DNA of 55,099 bases from a virus (taxonomy: Duplodnaviria > Caudoviricetes). Of this stretch, positions 1-7,612 are shown piece by piece (the stretch's first letter is position 1; each line of letters opens with the position of its first letter). The stretch is from the IMG/VR virus record IMGVR_UViG_3300020473_000035, positions 1-55,099 of that record; one strand, given 5' to 3'. The translations under genes were made by a program, and so were the position numbers. The notes beneath the pieces were generated by a model. The model saw only the letters and a program-made list of their open reading frames with translations, searched no databases and was not told the origin of the DNA.

Positions 1-58
1 AAAAACAAACACATTTGTATTTCCTTTATTTCTTTACGTCAAAAACTACCACTATCCA

Positions 59-181
59 CTACATACTCGCTTGTATAACACTGTGTATACTGGGTAACTC
101 AATGATACTACCAAGGATAATGAATAGAAGTATTGTTATTAGTAATGCCTGAAGGTATTCTATGTCTATGTGATCTCGCAT
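59..181 (-). CDS. 40-aa single-TM micropeptide
   Basis: Hand-translated MRDHIDIEYLQALLITILLFIILGSIIEL...; hydrophobic core; ATG 1 nt after upstream stop. Confidence 0.5.
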   Translation of the reverse strand: MRDHIDIEYLQALLITILLFIILGSIIELPSIHSVIQASM

Positions 182-182
182 G

Positions 183-263
183 TTAAATGTGTGGCCTCGT
201 GTGATACGCAATAATACCAATACTAATAGCGAGTATCAGTAACATTATTAACTCTGTGCTCAT
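183..263 (-). CDS. 26-aa single-TM micropeptide
   Basis: MSTELIMLLILAISIGIIAYHTRPHI; ATGA overlap with upstream ORF. Confidence 0.45.
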   Translation of the reverse strand: MSTELIMLLILAISIGIIAYHTRPHI

Positions 264-358
264 GTCATCCTCATTAAAGAACCAATGAAACCAAGGATCT
301 CGAAACGGTATTCCCACAAGACAATGGTTATAACCGCTGTAATCAATCTGTCTAACAT
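260..358 (-). CDS. 32-aa hydrophobic micropeptide
   Basis: MLDRLITAVITIVLWEYRFEILGFIGSLMRMT; GAGGAGG upstream. Confidence 0.5.
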   Translation of the reverse strand: MLDRLITAVITIVLWEYRFEILGFIGSLMRMT

Positions 359-359
359 T

Positions 360-698
360 TTACTCTTCTGTCCTCCTCTTGTTATTGTAATACGCTGTAC
401 CCTCGGCCATAAACATAAGCACACCGGGGGGAACTTCGCCGGATGTTGCGCCTCCATGCTTGATAATCAAGTCACGCACAACACCAACAGGCACGTATGG
501 ATAAACTGTATCAGTTGGATCGTTAAATGTTTCAGCATAACCGTCAAGCATAGGATCTGCACTGCTCGGAAAACCAAGCTCAACCTCAATATACGGTCCA
601 TAGTCATCACGCGGACAACTATACTTATGTTTACCTGCCTGGATAGATACACTATAACCATCTTGACAATAAACACGTCTATACTGCTTATTGTCCAT
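360..698 (-). CDS. hypothetical phage protein
   Basis: 112-aa ORF, overlaps upstream stop, GAGG RBS. Confidence 0.75.
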   Translation of the reverse strand: MDNKQYRRVYCQDGYSVSIQAGKHKYSCPRDDYGPYIEVELGFPSSADPMLDGYAETFNDPTDTVYPYVPVGVVRDLIIKHGGATSGEVPPGVLMFMAEGTAYYNNKRRTEE

Positions 699-894
699 CT
701 TTTCTTTCCTCGCTTATCGAGCTTATAACGTCCATTGCGTTCAGGCGAACCAGCGGAGTCCAGCCCGTATCAATGTGGATACGCGCACAATCAGCGTTAG
801 CGATACTTTTGAAACCTTTAACGATCCCCACTCTGCCGATTAAACCGCCAGCGCTACACCATTTATTTACGCGAACTAAATCACCGACTTTCAT
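688..894 (-). CDS. MKVGDLV-family small SH3/KOW-like protein
   Basis: MKVGDLVRV start, AGGAGA RBS, GIV strand. Confidence 0.75.
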   Translation of the reverse strand: MKVGDLVRVNKWCSAGGLIGRVGIVKGFKSIANADCARIHIDTGWTPLVRLNAMDVISSISEERKDGQ

Positions 895-1079
895 CATCTT
901 TCTCCTATATTGTAAAACCAACACCCAATAGAATAGGAGGTGCTTCCAACAAGATAAGATACACGATGATGCCACCGATAATCTTTATCATCGAATGGTA
1001 CGTCAAAAGCATCGAACCATCGAAAAGTAAACTCGCAAAATACGAATCCCAACCAATCTGTCAAATCACCGACTTTCAT
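894..1079 (-). CDS. small protein with MKVGD start (divergent body)
   Basis: Conserved junction GGAGGTTATCAATGAAAGTCGGTGAT. Confidence 0.65.
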   Translation of the reverse strand: MKVGDLTDWLGFVFCEFTFRWFDAFDVPFDDKDYRWHHRVSYLVGSTSYSIGCWFYNIGER

Positions 1080-1263
1080 TGATAACCTCCAACCATTTCT
1101 TGGGTTCCCAAGCTTGTTCTTGGTAATCAAACCAATACACACACACGCGAGTGTTACGAGGATCGCTGTAGTCTTTCATTTTGACCACCACGCCAAACTC
1201 GGCTTTGTTCCCTGCTTCTCGGCTGTACTCGCCAGGCATTATTACCAGATCACCGACTTTCAC
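1066..1263 (-). CDS. MKVGDLV-family small protein
   Basis: MKVGDLV...GVVV...LEVINESR; GTG start in junction motif. Confidence 0.8.
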   Translation of the reverse strand: MKVGDLVIMPGEYSREAGNKAEFGVVVKMKDYSDPRNTRVCVYWFDYQEQAWEPKKWLEVINESR

Positions 1264-1426
1264 TTATAACCTCCACAGGCTGAAGATGGTGACGAATAAC
1301 GGTCATTATAGAGCCATGCCAAAAGAGTCTTGCGACTGGCCGCCCGCGCTCTGAATGCCATCCGAGAATAATGCCGGTGCCCCGCACTGTTCCCCACTTG
1401 TGTTTGACCAGATCACCGACTTTCAT
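1250..1426 (-). CDS. MKVGDLV-family small protein (58 aa, not in ORF track)
   Basis: Hand-translated MKVGDLVKHKWGTVRGTGIILG...VEVISESR. Confidence 0.8.
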   Translation of the reverse strand: MKVGDLVKHKWGTVRGTGIILGWHSERGRPVARLFWHGSIMTVIRHHLQPVEVISESR

Positions 1427-1580
1427 CACTTACAACCTTCAGTTCCCACGGTCGAAACCACATACGTTGTTCGGGGAATCTCGCGAACACAATGCGAAAC
1501 AACGGGCCATCATGCTGCAACGCTTTCGCCATAACAACACCGAAACCATAGTCACAATGTACTATATCACCTATTTTCAC
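1413..1580 (-). CDS. MKVGDLV-family small protein (55 aa, not in ORF track)
   Basis: Hand-translated MKIGDIVHCDYGFGVVM...LKVVSDESR. Confidence 0.8.
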   Translation of the reverse strand: MKIGDIVHCDYGFGVVMAKALQHDGPLFRIVFARFPEQRMWFRPWELKVVSDESR

Positions 1581-1755
1581 TTACAACCTCCAATATAGCA
1601 TATGTCGCGGTGAAGCCTTCGCCGTCAAGACCGAGACAGTCATACGTCGTCACACTGCGCTCTTGAAAATAATCGAAGGACTCGCGCACTCTCACAATAA
1701 TACCCATCAAGTCGTCAGAGTGCCCGACAACACGCACCAGATCACCTATTTTCAC
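1567..1755 (-). CDS. MKVGDLV-family small protein
   Basis: MKIGDLVRV...GIIV...LEVVSENR. Confidence 0.8.
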   Translation of the reverse strand: MKIGDLVRVVGHSDDLMGIIVRVRESFDYFQERSVTTYDCLGLDGEGFTATYAILEVVSENR

Positions 1756-1909
1756 TTATAACCTCCCATTCGGTGGGATCGAGCCACCATGATCGCTTTC
1801 CTTTGTACTGTCCTTCAAGTTCAAAAACCTGATAGTGTCCCGGCATGACTTTGATAACAATCCCACGTGGGCCACCGTCTTTATACTGGACCAAATCACC
1901 GACTTCCAT
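1742..1909 (-). CDS. MKVGDLV-family small protein
   Basis: MEVGDLVQY...GIVI...WEVISENR. Confidence 0.8.
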   Translation of the reverse strand: MEVGDLVQYKDGGPRGIVIKVMPGHYQVFELEGQYKGKRSWWLDPTEWEVISENR

Positions 1910-2093
1910 TGGCAACCTCGTAATAGTTAGCATGATCGCGGATCACTCTCCCGTCCGTCAACAAGATCTGAATCAAGATACGCCCGCCGGGAAGGAAGCC
2001 GCTCCAACTCTTAAGCAAAACGCCCATATGACTTTCTCCATTATTGCGGATGATCCCCTCTTCATTGCTCTTGATCAGGTCGCCGATTTGCAT
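1896..2093 (-). CDS. MKVGDLV-family small protein
   Basis: MQIGDLIK...GVLL...YEVANGSR. Confidence 0.8.
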   Translation of the reverse strand: MQIGDLIKSNEEGIIRNNGESHMGVLLKSWSGFLPGGRILIQILLTDGRVIRDHANYYEVANGSR

Positions 2094-2305
2094 TAAACGC
2101 TTTCCTCCAAAGGTTTGAGGTGCTTACCGGGAATGTGAAACCCGTACATGATGCCATTAACAATAAAACGCACTTGGAAGTGGGGTAATCCGTCATCGGT
2201 CGCATCACCGGGGATCCATTCTTTAACCAGAAGCCCGATATTGCCCTCGATACGGGAATAACCCCGATCAGGGTGGACTTGAACCAGATCACCGACTTTG
2301 ATCAC
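2093..2305 (-). CDS. MKVGDLV-family small protein
   Basis: Probable GTG start MIKVGDLVQV after GGGAG; ORF can extend to 2419. Confidence 0.7.
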   Translation of the reverse strand: MIKVGDLVQVHPDRGYSRIEGNIGLLVKEWIPGDATDDGLPHFQVRFIVNGIMYGFHIPGKHLKPLEESV

Positions 2306-2410
2306 GCTCCCAGAAGCCCCCAGAGCGCCACAGGAGCCGCTTGAGCGGCTTGTACGACCCTGGACAGCCTGGAGGCGTGTGGAGTGCCCTGAAGGGCTTT
2401 GTGAGGCTTG
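2301..2410. other. 10-bp-phased GC repeat tract (candidate DNA-wrapping/strong gyrase site)
   Basis: cagaagcccc/cagagcgcca/caggagccgc/ttgagcggct...ggaggcgtgt/ggagtgccct/gaagggcttt/gtgaggcttg. Confidence 0.4.
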
Positions 2411-2415
2411 TACGC

Positions 2416-2625
2416 TCATGCGCTTGCAGGCTCCACGGTAGCGGCGAACACGTTGGCAAACTGCATCTCAAGATCGGGCGTCATGTTGCCATCGGCGCGG
2501 GTCTTCTGCATCTCCGCGAAAAGTCCCATTTGAAGCACCATAGCGTTCAGCGAGGTCTGGGCGCGCTCCAGGGGTCCGAGAGCGGGCTGGGTAGAAGTAG
2601 AGGAAGAAAGGGCTGTATCAGTCAT
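2416..2625 (-). CDS. hypothetical protein
   Basis: 69-aa ORF, GGAGA RBS. Confidence 0.7.
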   Translation of the reverse strand: MTDTALSSSTSTQPALGPLERAQTSLNAMVLQMGLFAEMQKTRADGNMTPDLEMQFANVFAATVEPASA

Positions 2626-2666
2626 TTAGTAGTCTCCGAGAAAGAAGAGGGAAGGAAAAGGTTTGT

Positions 2667-2951
2667 TTAGCCTTGCGCGAGGATCGCGGCAAGCTGGGCG
2701 GCGGTAAGGTGCTCAACGTTGATCGTCTTCACCTTGTGGACGGTGATCTCGGCTCCAGGCTTGCGAGCGGCGCGGATAGAGCCACCATCACAGGCAAGGA
2801 CGTATTCGCCACGGTTCGACTTGCGCGGACGGAAGGTGCCACCAGCCAGCTTGATACCTGCTTTCTTAGCGGCTGCGCGAATCTGGCGCTTGCCATCATT
2901 CCAAGAAACAGAGGAAGAACCAGGGGTAGAAGAGAGAAGTCCGATTTTCAT
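2667..2951 (-). CDS. small basic hypothetical protein
   Basis: First ORF downstream of promoter at 3008-3061; start MKIGLL chosen. Confidence 0.65.
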   Translation of the reverse strand: MKIGLLSSTPGSSSVSWNDGKRQIRAAAKKAGIKLAGGTFRPRKSNRGEYVLACDGGSIRAARKPGAEITVHKVKTINVEHLTAAQLAAILAQG

Positions 2952-3007
2952 AGGGTCAAAGTCCTGGGAAGGAGGGGAGCGACGGTTAAACCTCAACCGT
3001 CAAAGAC

Positions 3008-3061
3008 ATTATCTCACATGCGAACGAAAAGGTCAAGAGAAGTCTGTCAACTAAATGTCAA
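3008..3061 (-). promoter_or_regulatory. triple-TTGAC early promoter element A
   Basis: TTGACA-N5-TTGACA-N8-TTGACC-N17-GATAAT. Confidence 0.8.
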
Positions 3062-3279
3062 GAGATTTTCTCAACCCACATCGGGTGAAACTTCAGGATG
3101 GAAGTACCAAACTGGACACGGTATAGAATCTCGCCTTGTCTCCATGGGCGTTCGTCAGGCGCAACGACTTCCACGATCAAGCCCGTTCGGTGCGCGGGCA
3201 TGTCGGGGTCATGCGTACCTGGGCGGATCCTGACGAGATCGCCCACTTCCAAAGGTTTATTTCGGGTCTTCGTATCCAT
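3058..3279 (-). CDS. MKVGDLV-family small protein
   Basis: LEVGDLVRI...TGLIVEV...YRVQF. Confidence 0.75.
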   Translation of the reverse strand: MDTKTRNKPLEVGDLVRIRPGTHDPDMPAHRTGLIVEVVAPDERPWRQGEILYRVQFGTSILKFHPMWVEKIS

Positions 3280-3466
3280 CGGGGGTTGTTTGGGGCATCA
3301 AAAACGAAGGAACATACTCGTTTTCTGGGGTATACGGCTCAAGCTCCATAGGCGGGAGCGCTTCGAGGATCTGATCGAGGATGGCGCGAAGGTATGCAAT
3401 ATCCTCCTCGATCTCGGCGTCTTCCTTGGCTTTTCGGTACTCTGAAAGGTTTACAAGGTTGTCCAT
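3257..3466 (-). CDS. acidic hypothetical protein
   Basis: MDNLVNLSEYRK start with GAGG RBS, TAATG coupling. Confidence 0.7.
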   Translation of the reverse strand: MDNLVNLSEYRKAKEDAEIEEDIAYLRAILDQILEALPPMELEPYTPENEYVPSFLMPQTTPDGYEDPK

Positions 3467-3777
3467 TAGAACGGCACCTCTTCCATCCATCCAGTGCCGG
3501 AAAGCGGCGATACATCCCAGACTTTCGGGTGCATGACCAGATCAGCCACGCCCTTCGCCAGTCCGACATGAACGCTGGTGGTGTGGGACTGGAAAGTGCC
3601 GGTAGCAGCGGTGTAATCAGCGACAACGCACGCATTACCGGCGCGCATTCCGATCTTCAAGCCATACGAAAATAGAGCTTTGCCGTCTGTTGTCAGGGCG
3701 CGCTTGGAACTGTGTGCGGGCTGACCTTTAGACCAGCGCTCGATCACGCCACGGTTGTTTGTTCTGATTGATTTCAT
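3466..3777 (-). CDS. hypothetical protein
   Basis: 103-aa ORF, GAGG RBS. Confidence 0.75.
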   Translation of the reverse strand: MKSIRTNNRGVIERWSKGQPAHSSKRALTTDGKALFSYGLKIGMRAGNACVVADYTAATGTFQSHTTSVHVGLAKGVADLVMHPKVWDVSPLSGTGWMEEVPF

Positions 3778-3791
3778 AGGTTTGTCCTCTC

Positions 3792-5063
3792 TTATACGTC
3801 AATCGCGATGACGCGCTCTTGGGTTTGGAAGTAGGGGCGATCTGCATACTCTTTGGTGGTCATCCACATCCGTTGGCATGCGCTTGAAATGGGCTTTGGA
3901 GCCATCATATCGGTGAGGATGATGTGACCGTCAAAGTTGTGCTCATTGACATAGCGGGTGGGCGCATTAAAGCAGGTTCCACCGCACATAACGCGCTCCC
4001 ATACGCGGGTCTGACCTTTCTTCCAGACATAAATCTTGTCTTCACCGACCACTGAATCGAAGGGGATCACGGTGAACTCGGCAACATCGGCAAGCTCATT
4101 CAACTCGGAGAAGAACGCGGCAAGCATGCGATCATCCACGGATCCGCTTTGATCGATGCTAATGGCGATCTTGGCATGGCGACGAACGCGCTTGCCTGGG
4201 TGGATGCGAGGAAAACGACGGTTCAAGCGTCGAGGCGTGGAGCGGCGATCTGAACGCTGGGAGGTCTTGACGAAATAACGCAGTACCTTCCTCCAATCTA
4301 CGCGGGTGGTGATGCGGTCCATGATCTCTTTACGCATGCCAGCCGAAACAGATCCCCAGTTGCGGGCTTTCTCCGCGTCTTCTGCGGCTTTCTTGACGGC
4401 TTCCTTCAAGCGCTCTTTAGCGATCTCGTTCGCGGTGCCATCGGTGTCACCGAAAGCGTCGTGGTCGTCGAAAGAGTCCATTCCACCGAAAGGATCGCCA
4501 TTCCCAGGCTGACCCTGACCGCTTCCAGGCTCGCCGGGTTGCCCCTGACCATCGCCTTCGCCGCCCTCTGGATCGCCTTCGCCCATCTTCTTAAGAGCTT
4601 CCAGATACCATTCGTAAGTCATGTTTGCGGGAAGGTCAGCGAACGGTCCTTCGCCTGGAAGGCAGCCTTTCATCGGCTCGCCTGAAGGCATGAGAGGACC
4701 GGGATCGCTCTCACATGGCAGTTTGCCAACCATCTCGGGCAGACCGTTGATCGCAAGGTCCATCGCGATATTGTCGATGCGGCGGATGCCCTCGGAGGGC
4801 TTGCGACCCGTGACATGCTCCAGAATGATGTGATAGAACTCATGCATCAATACGCCAAGTTTATGCTCGTCTTTCAACTGGGCGAAGAACTCTGGATTGT
4901 ACATAAGCTCGAACTGCTGGCGATCAGGGTTGACGCGCACGCCAGCGGTCGGGATCGCGGTCGTCGGGGTCTTGTCGATCCGCCGCGACAACGACGCGAA
5001 AAACGGCTCCTGCATGAGCAGGCGAGCAGTGTGAAGATTAAGGTTGAAGGGGGCTTCAGACAC
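3792..5063 (-). CDS. metallopeptidase-VWA domain protein (DUF2201-like, MoxR partner)
   Basis: HEFYH zincin motif; DQSGS MIDAS, GGT and ILTD VWA motifs; G/E/P-rich linker. Confidence 0.85.
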   Translation of the reverse strand: MSEAPFNLNLHTARLLMQEPFFASLSRRIDKTPTTAIPTAGVRVNPDRQQFELMYNPEFFAQLKDEHKLGVLMHEFYHIILEHVTGRKPSEGIRRIDNIAMDLAINGLPEMVGKLPCESDPGPLMPSGEPMKGCLPGEGPFADLPANMTYEWYLEALKKMGEGDPEGGEGDGQGQPGEPGSGQGQPGNGDPFGGMDSFDDHDAFGDTDGTANEIAKERLKEAVKKAAEDAEKARNWGSVSAGMRKEIMDRITTRVDWRKVLRYFVKTSQRSDRRSTPRRLNRRFPRIHPGKRVRRHAKIAISIDQSGSVDDRMLAAFFSELNELADVAEFTVIPFDSVVGEDKIYVWKKGQTRVWERVMCGGTCFNAPTRYVNEHNFDGHIILTDMMAPKPISSACQRMWMTTKEYADRPYFQTQERVIAIDV

Positions 5064-5089
5064 GGGGCAACTCCTTGATCATATACCTA

Positions 5090-5143
5090 AGTATACAGGA
5101 AGAATCAAAAAAGGTCAAGCGATCTTTGTCAAGAGAATGTCAG
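5090..5143 (-). promoter_or_regulatory. triple-TTGAC early promoter element B
   Basis: CTGACA-N5-TTGACA-N8-TTGACC-N17-TATACT. Confidence 0.8.
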
Positions 5144-5421
5144 GACTGCTCATCTTCGTTAAAAGCGGCTTCGATCTCGGCAATGTCCGCCACGGTCATC
5201 TTCTTCTCGGCTTTTCGACGCTTGTTTTGAGCAGCCATCAGCTTGCGGTATCGGCTCGGAGTGTGCTTGCAAACGGCGATATTCTCGATTCCGATGCGCT
5301 CCATGCGTCGAAGGGATTCATTGGATGCCGCGAGAGTATCGGGCTTTGTAAGGATGGTTTCGGTCGCTTTGATGCGCCCGTCCACGATGGCGATGTCAGT
5401 TTTGCTCACGTAGTACTTCAA
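5140..5421 (-). CDS. hypothetical protein
   Basis: TTG start after AGGAGA, downstream of promoter C. Confidence 0.65.
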   Translation of the reverse strand: MKYYVSKTDIAIVDGRIKATETILTKPDTLAASNESLRRMERIGIENIAVCKHTPSRYRKLMAAQNKRRKAEKKMTVADIAEIEAAFNEDEQS

Positions 5422-5446
5422 GGTCGATCTCCTAACTTGATGTCTC

Positions 5447-5500
5447 ATTGTCTCATATGCGAGAGAGAAAGTCAAGGTTTTTTTGTCAAAGGAATGTCAA
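5447..5500 (-). promoter_or_regulatory. triple-TTGAC early promoter element C
   Basis: TTGACA-N5-TTGACA-N8-TTGACT-N17-GACAAT. Confidence 0.75.
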
Positions 5501-5560
5501 GAGAATGAGGGTCAATCTGGGTTCATGCGCGGCATGCCAGGAAGACCGAAAAGGTTTATT

Positions 5561-5660
5561 TGAGCGCTCTGTGAGGCTCCTGAAGGCTTGCTAACGGCTC
5601 CCAGGTATGACGACAGCCCAGAGCGCTCACAGGGGCTCACAGAGGCTCCTGGGCGCTGCT
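5561..5660. other. 10-bp-phased GCTC tract (candidate DNA-wrapping/strong gyrase site)
   Basis: GCT(C/T/G)/GCCC at 5566, 5576, 5586, 5597 then 5616, 5625, 5635, 5645, 5655. Confidence 0.45.
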
Positions 5661-5861
5661 ACGGCGGTACTCCGCAGCCAGTTGTAGATCGTGCTTCCAG
5701 AATGACCGTCCATTCTCGAAAACCCTGTAAAGACGCCGATCATCAGTGGATCCACGCCCATAGGTCGAGCGCCCACTTGGGCGACTTTCGAGGATAATAG
5801 CGGTTTTTCCTGTTTTAACACGGATTAGAAGCTCTCCAATCTCAAAGGTTTGTTTGTTCAT
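5637..5861 (-). CDS. SH3/KOW-like small protein (MKVGDLV-related)
   Basis: FEIGELLIRV...AIIL...YRVF. Confidence 0.7.
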   Translation of the reverse strand: MNKQTFEIGELLIRVKTGKTAIILESRPSGRSTYGRGSTDDRRLYRVFENGRSFWKHDLQLAAEYRRSSAQEPL

Positions 5862-6091
5862 AGGGGATCGCCCTCCTTGATCGGCATGAGCGCATCACCG
5901 TGAAAAATCATCTCCAAGCCGCTCTTTAACCACTTGATGCGGTATCTCGGCTTGAAAAGTCCATCACGAGCGACGACGCCCACAACCATGCCAGGACCAG
6001 ACTTTTCAGTAAAAGCTGAATCGGGCGATCCCCTCGCGAGGCGGTTGGTCATGTAGACCAACTCGCCCAGAGAGTAGTTGTAATCCTCCAT
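5858..6091 (-). CDS. SH3/KOW-like small protein (MKVGDLV-related)
   Basis: YSLGELVY...GMVVGV...YRIKW. Confidence 0.7.
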   Translation of the reverse strand: MEDYNYSLGELVYMTNRLARGSPDSAFTEKSGPGMVVGVVARDGLFKPRYRIKWLKSGLEMIFHGDALMPIKEGDPL

Positions 6092-7168
6092 TTAGCCACC
6101 CAGGATGGTCACCAAGTGCTCGCTAACACGGACGCCGCTGGTAGTGTCGGCTTTGTGGAGCGCGACCACGTTGGGGACCATATCAGCGTCACCCAGGACG
6201 GTCCAGAGCTTCATAGCCACCTCGGAAGGCAGGGAAACGAAGTAATCGGCGAGGTTCTTGATCTGAACGTCGGTGAGTTCCGTCTTGAAGGTTTCAGCCG
6301 CCTCGAACTTCTCGATCATGGCGGCGTGATCGTTGATGCCCCACTCGGAAGTCTTGGCGATCTCGCCGTTGTCCAGCAGATCTTCGATGGTCACTTGCCA
6401 GGAGTAGTTGACCACGAAGTCCTTCAGTTGAACAGCCGCCTCGAAACCGAGGAATGCATTGGCGAGGTTGAAAAGGAGATCGAGATCGCCCTTCTCCTCG
6501 AAAACGCCCGCTGGAGTAGCGGTATCGTTGAAGCGCTTCCAAGAGCGACGAGAAGGATAAACCTTGTTCGGCTCGAAGTCGCTGCGATGCTCCAAGTGGG
6601 TGCGGTTCTGGTTGATGAAGTCCCAAACGACGCTTGCAACCTTGCCATTCGCCCACTTGAGCCAATCTTCGTCAGACGGATCCACGTCGAAGACGGTCCA
6701 GCGGTCGAGTTCGGCGGGATCCATCTCACCGACTTGGTACTGGGCACCGTGCTCGCCACCGTTGACGGCAGCGATGATCAGGGTTTCAGGGTGAAGATGC
6801 CAGCCATTGATCTTGCGGCTATCGGTAAGCTCGAAAAGACCCTGGCGAACCTCCATAGTCGCGCGGTCGACCTCATCCAAGAACAGGACGACGGGCTGCT
6901 CGCAAGCGGTCACGAGCCAATCGGGAGCGTTCCACGTGGTAGCCTTGCGACCATTGATAGCGGTGTCCGCCGTATCTGGCAGACCGAGAAGATCGCCCTC
7001 GGTCATCTGGGAAGCGCGGCGCTCGACGACGGGAAGCTGGCGATCACGGGCGATCATGTAGACCACCTCGGATTTACCGACACCGTGACGACCACGGATA
7101 AGGACGGGCAAACGCGCATCGAGGATGTGGGGGGCGACAGAAAGGAAGGTGGCGAAGTCTACAGCCAT
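6092..7168 (-). CDS. MoxR-type AAA+ ATPase
   Basis: Walker A GRHGVGKS, Walker B LFLDEVDR, MDPAELDR, SRRSW sensor; near VWA gene. Confidence 0.9.
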   Translation of the reverse strand: MAVDFATFLSVAPHILDARLPVLIRGRHGVGKSEVVYMIARDRQLPVVERRASQMTEGDLLGLPDTADTAINGRKATTWNAPDWLVTACEQPVVLFLDEVDRATMEVRQGLFELTDSRKINGWHLHPETLIIAAVNGGEHGAQYQVGEMDPAELDRWTVFDVDPSDEDWLKWANGKVASVVWDFINQNRTHLEHRSDFEPNKVYPSRRSWKRFNDTATPAGVFEEKGDLDLLFNLANAFLGFEAAVQLKDFVVNYSWQVTIEDLLDNGEIAKTSEWGINDHAAMIEKFEAAETFKTELTDVQIKNLADYFVSLPSEVAMKLWTVLGDADMVPNVVALHKADTTSGVRVSEHLVTILGG

Positions 7169-7211
7169 GTGGTTTCTCCAGGGGAGTGTGAAGTTTTTAG
7201 CTTACTCTGTA

Positions 7212-7265
7212 AGTATACAGGAAGAAAGAAAGAAGGTCAAGTGTTTTTTGTCAAGAGGGTGTCAA
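7212..7265 (-). promoter_or_regulatory. triple-TTGAC early promoter element D
   Basis: TTGACA-N5-TTGACA-N8-TTGACC-N17-TATACT. Confidence 0.8.
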
Positions 7266-7274
7266 GCCTCGATT

Positions 7275-7496
7275 TTACCCATTGCAGGCGGGATGACCCC
7301 AGTTGTTATACTGCCAATCGCTGATCTCTTGATCTTTGCACAGGCTATCAGTCCAGTTGTTCCACGCTTCGCGGCGAGCGGGATAATCGGGATCGCCGTC
7401 GCGCTCCCATCGCTCTTGGATCAGGGGGAGAATGTGAACCTCGAAATATGCACATGCATCCTCGAAGGTCATGACGTAGGGAAGGTTTTTAGCCAT
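7275..7496 (-). CDS. hypothetical phage protein
   Basis: MAKNLPY start after AGGAG; AWNNWTDSLCKD motif. Confidence 0.75.
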   Translation of the reverse strand: MAKNLPYVMTFEDACAYFEVHILPLIQERWERDGDPDYPARREAWNNWTDSLCKDQEISDWQYNNWGHPACNG

Positions 7497-7527
7497 TGGC
7501 GAACTCCTATTGCTCAATGATGGATCC

Positions 7528-7581
7528 ATTATCTCATAGGCGAGAAGAAAGATCAAGGGTTTTTTGTCAGGTAAATGTCAA
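7528..7581 (-). promoter_or_regulatory. triple-TTGAC early promoter element E
   Basis: TTGACA-N5-CTGACA-N8-TTGATC-N17-GATAAT. Confidence 0.75.
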
Positions 7582-7612
7582 GAGTGAAAAGAGTAGGAAG
7601 AAAGTATTAAAA

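Larger units (their letters stand above)
881..2300 (-). repeat. array of dual-coding gene-junction repeats, consensus GAGGTTRTAARTGAAAGTCGGTGATCTGGT
   Basis: Copies near 881, 1066, 1250, 1413, 1567, 1742, 1896, 2289 at ~150-200 bp spacing; more at 10894, 11921, 12111, 12283, 14226. Confidence 0.85.

Noticed and set aside
881-2300. CRISPR array
   Set aside because: Repeats are degenerate, 150-200 bp apart and protein-coding; no cas genes in the window
5512-5640. 42-aa ORF across the phased tract
   Set aside because: Low-information S/G/A sequence probably dictated by DNA periodicity; not called as a CDS
6116-7324. 402-aa plus-strand ORF and the other plus-strand ORFs
   Set aside because: Antisense shadows of well-supported minus-strand genes; no RBS, promoter or motifs
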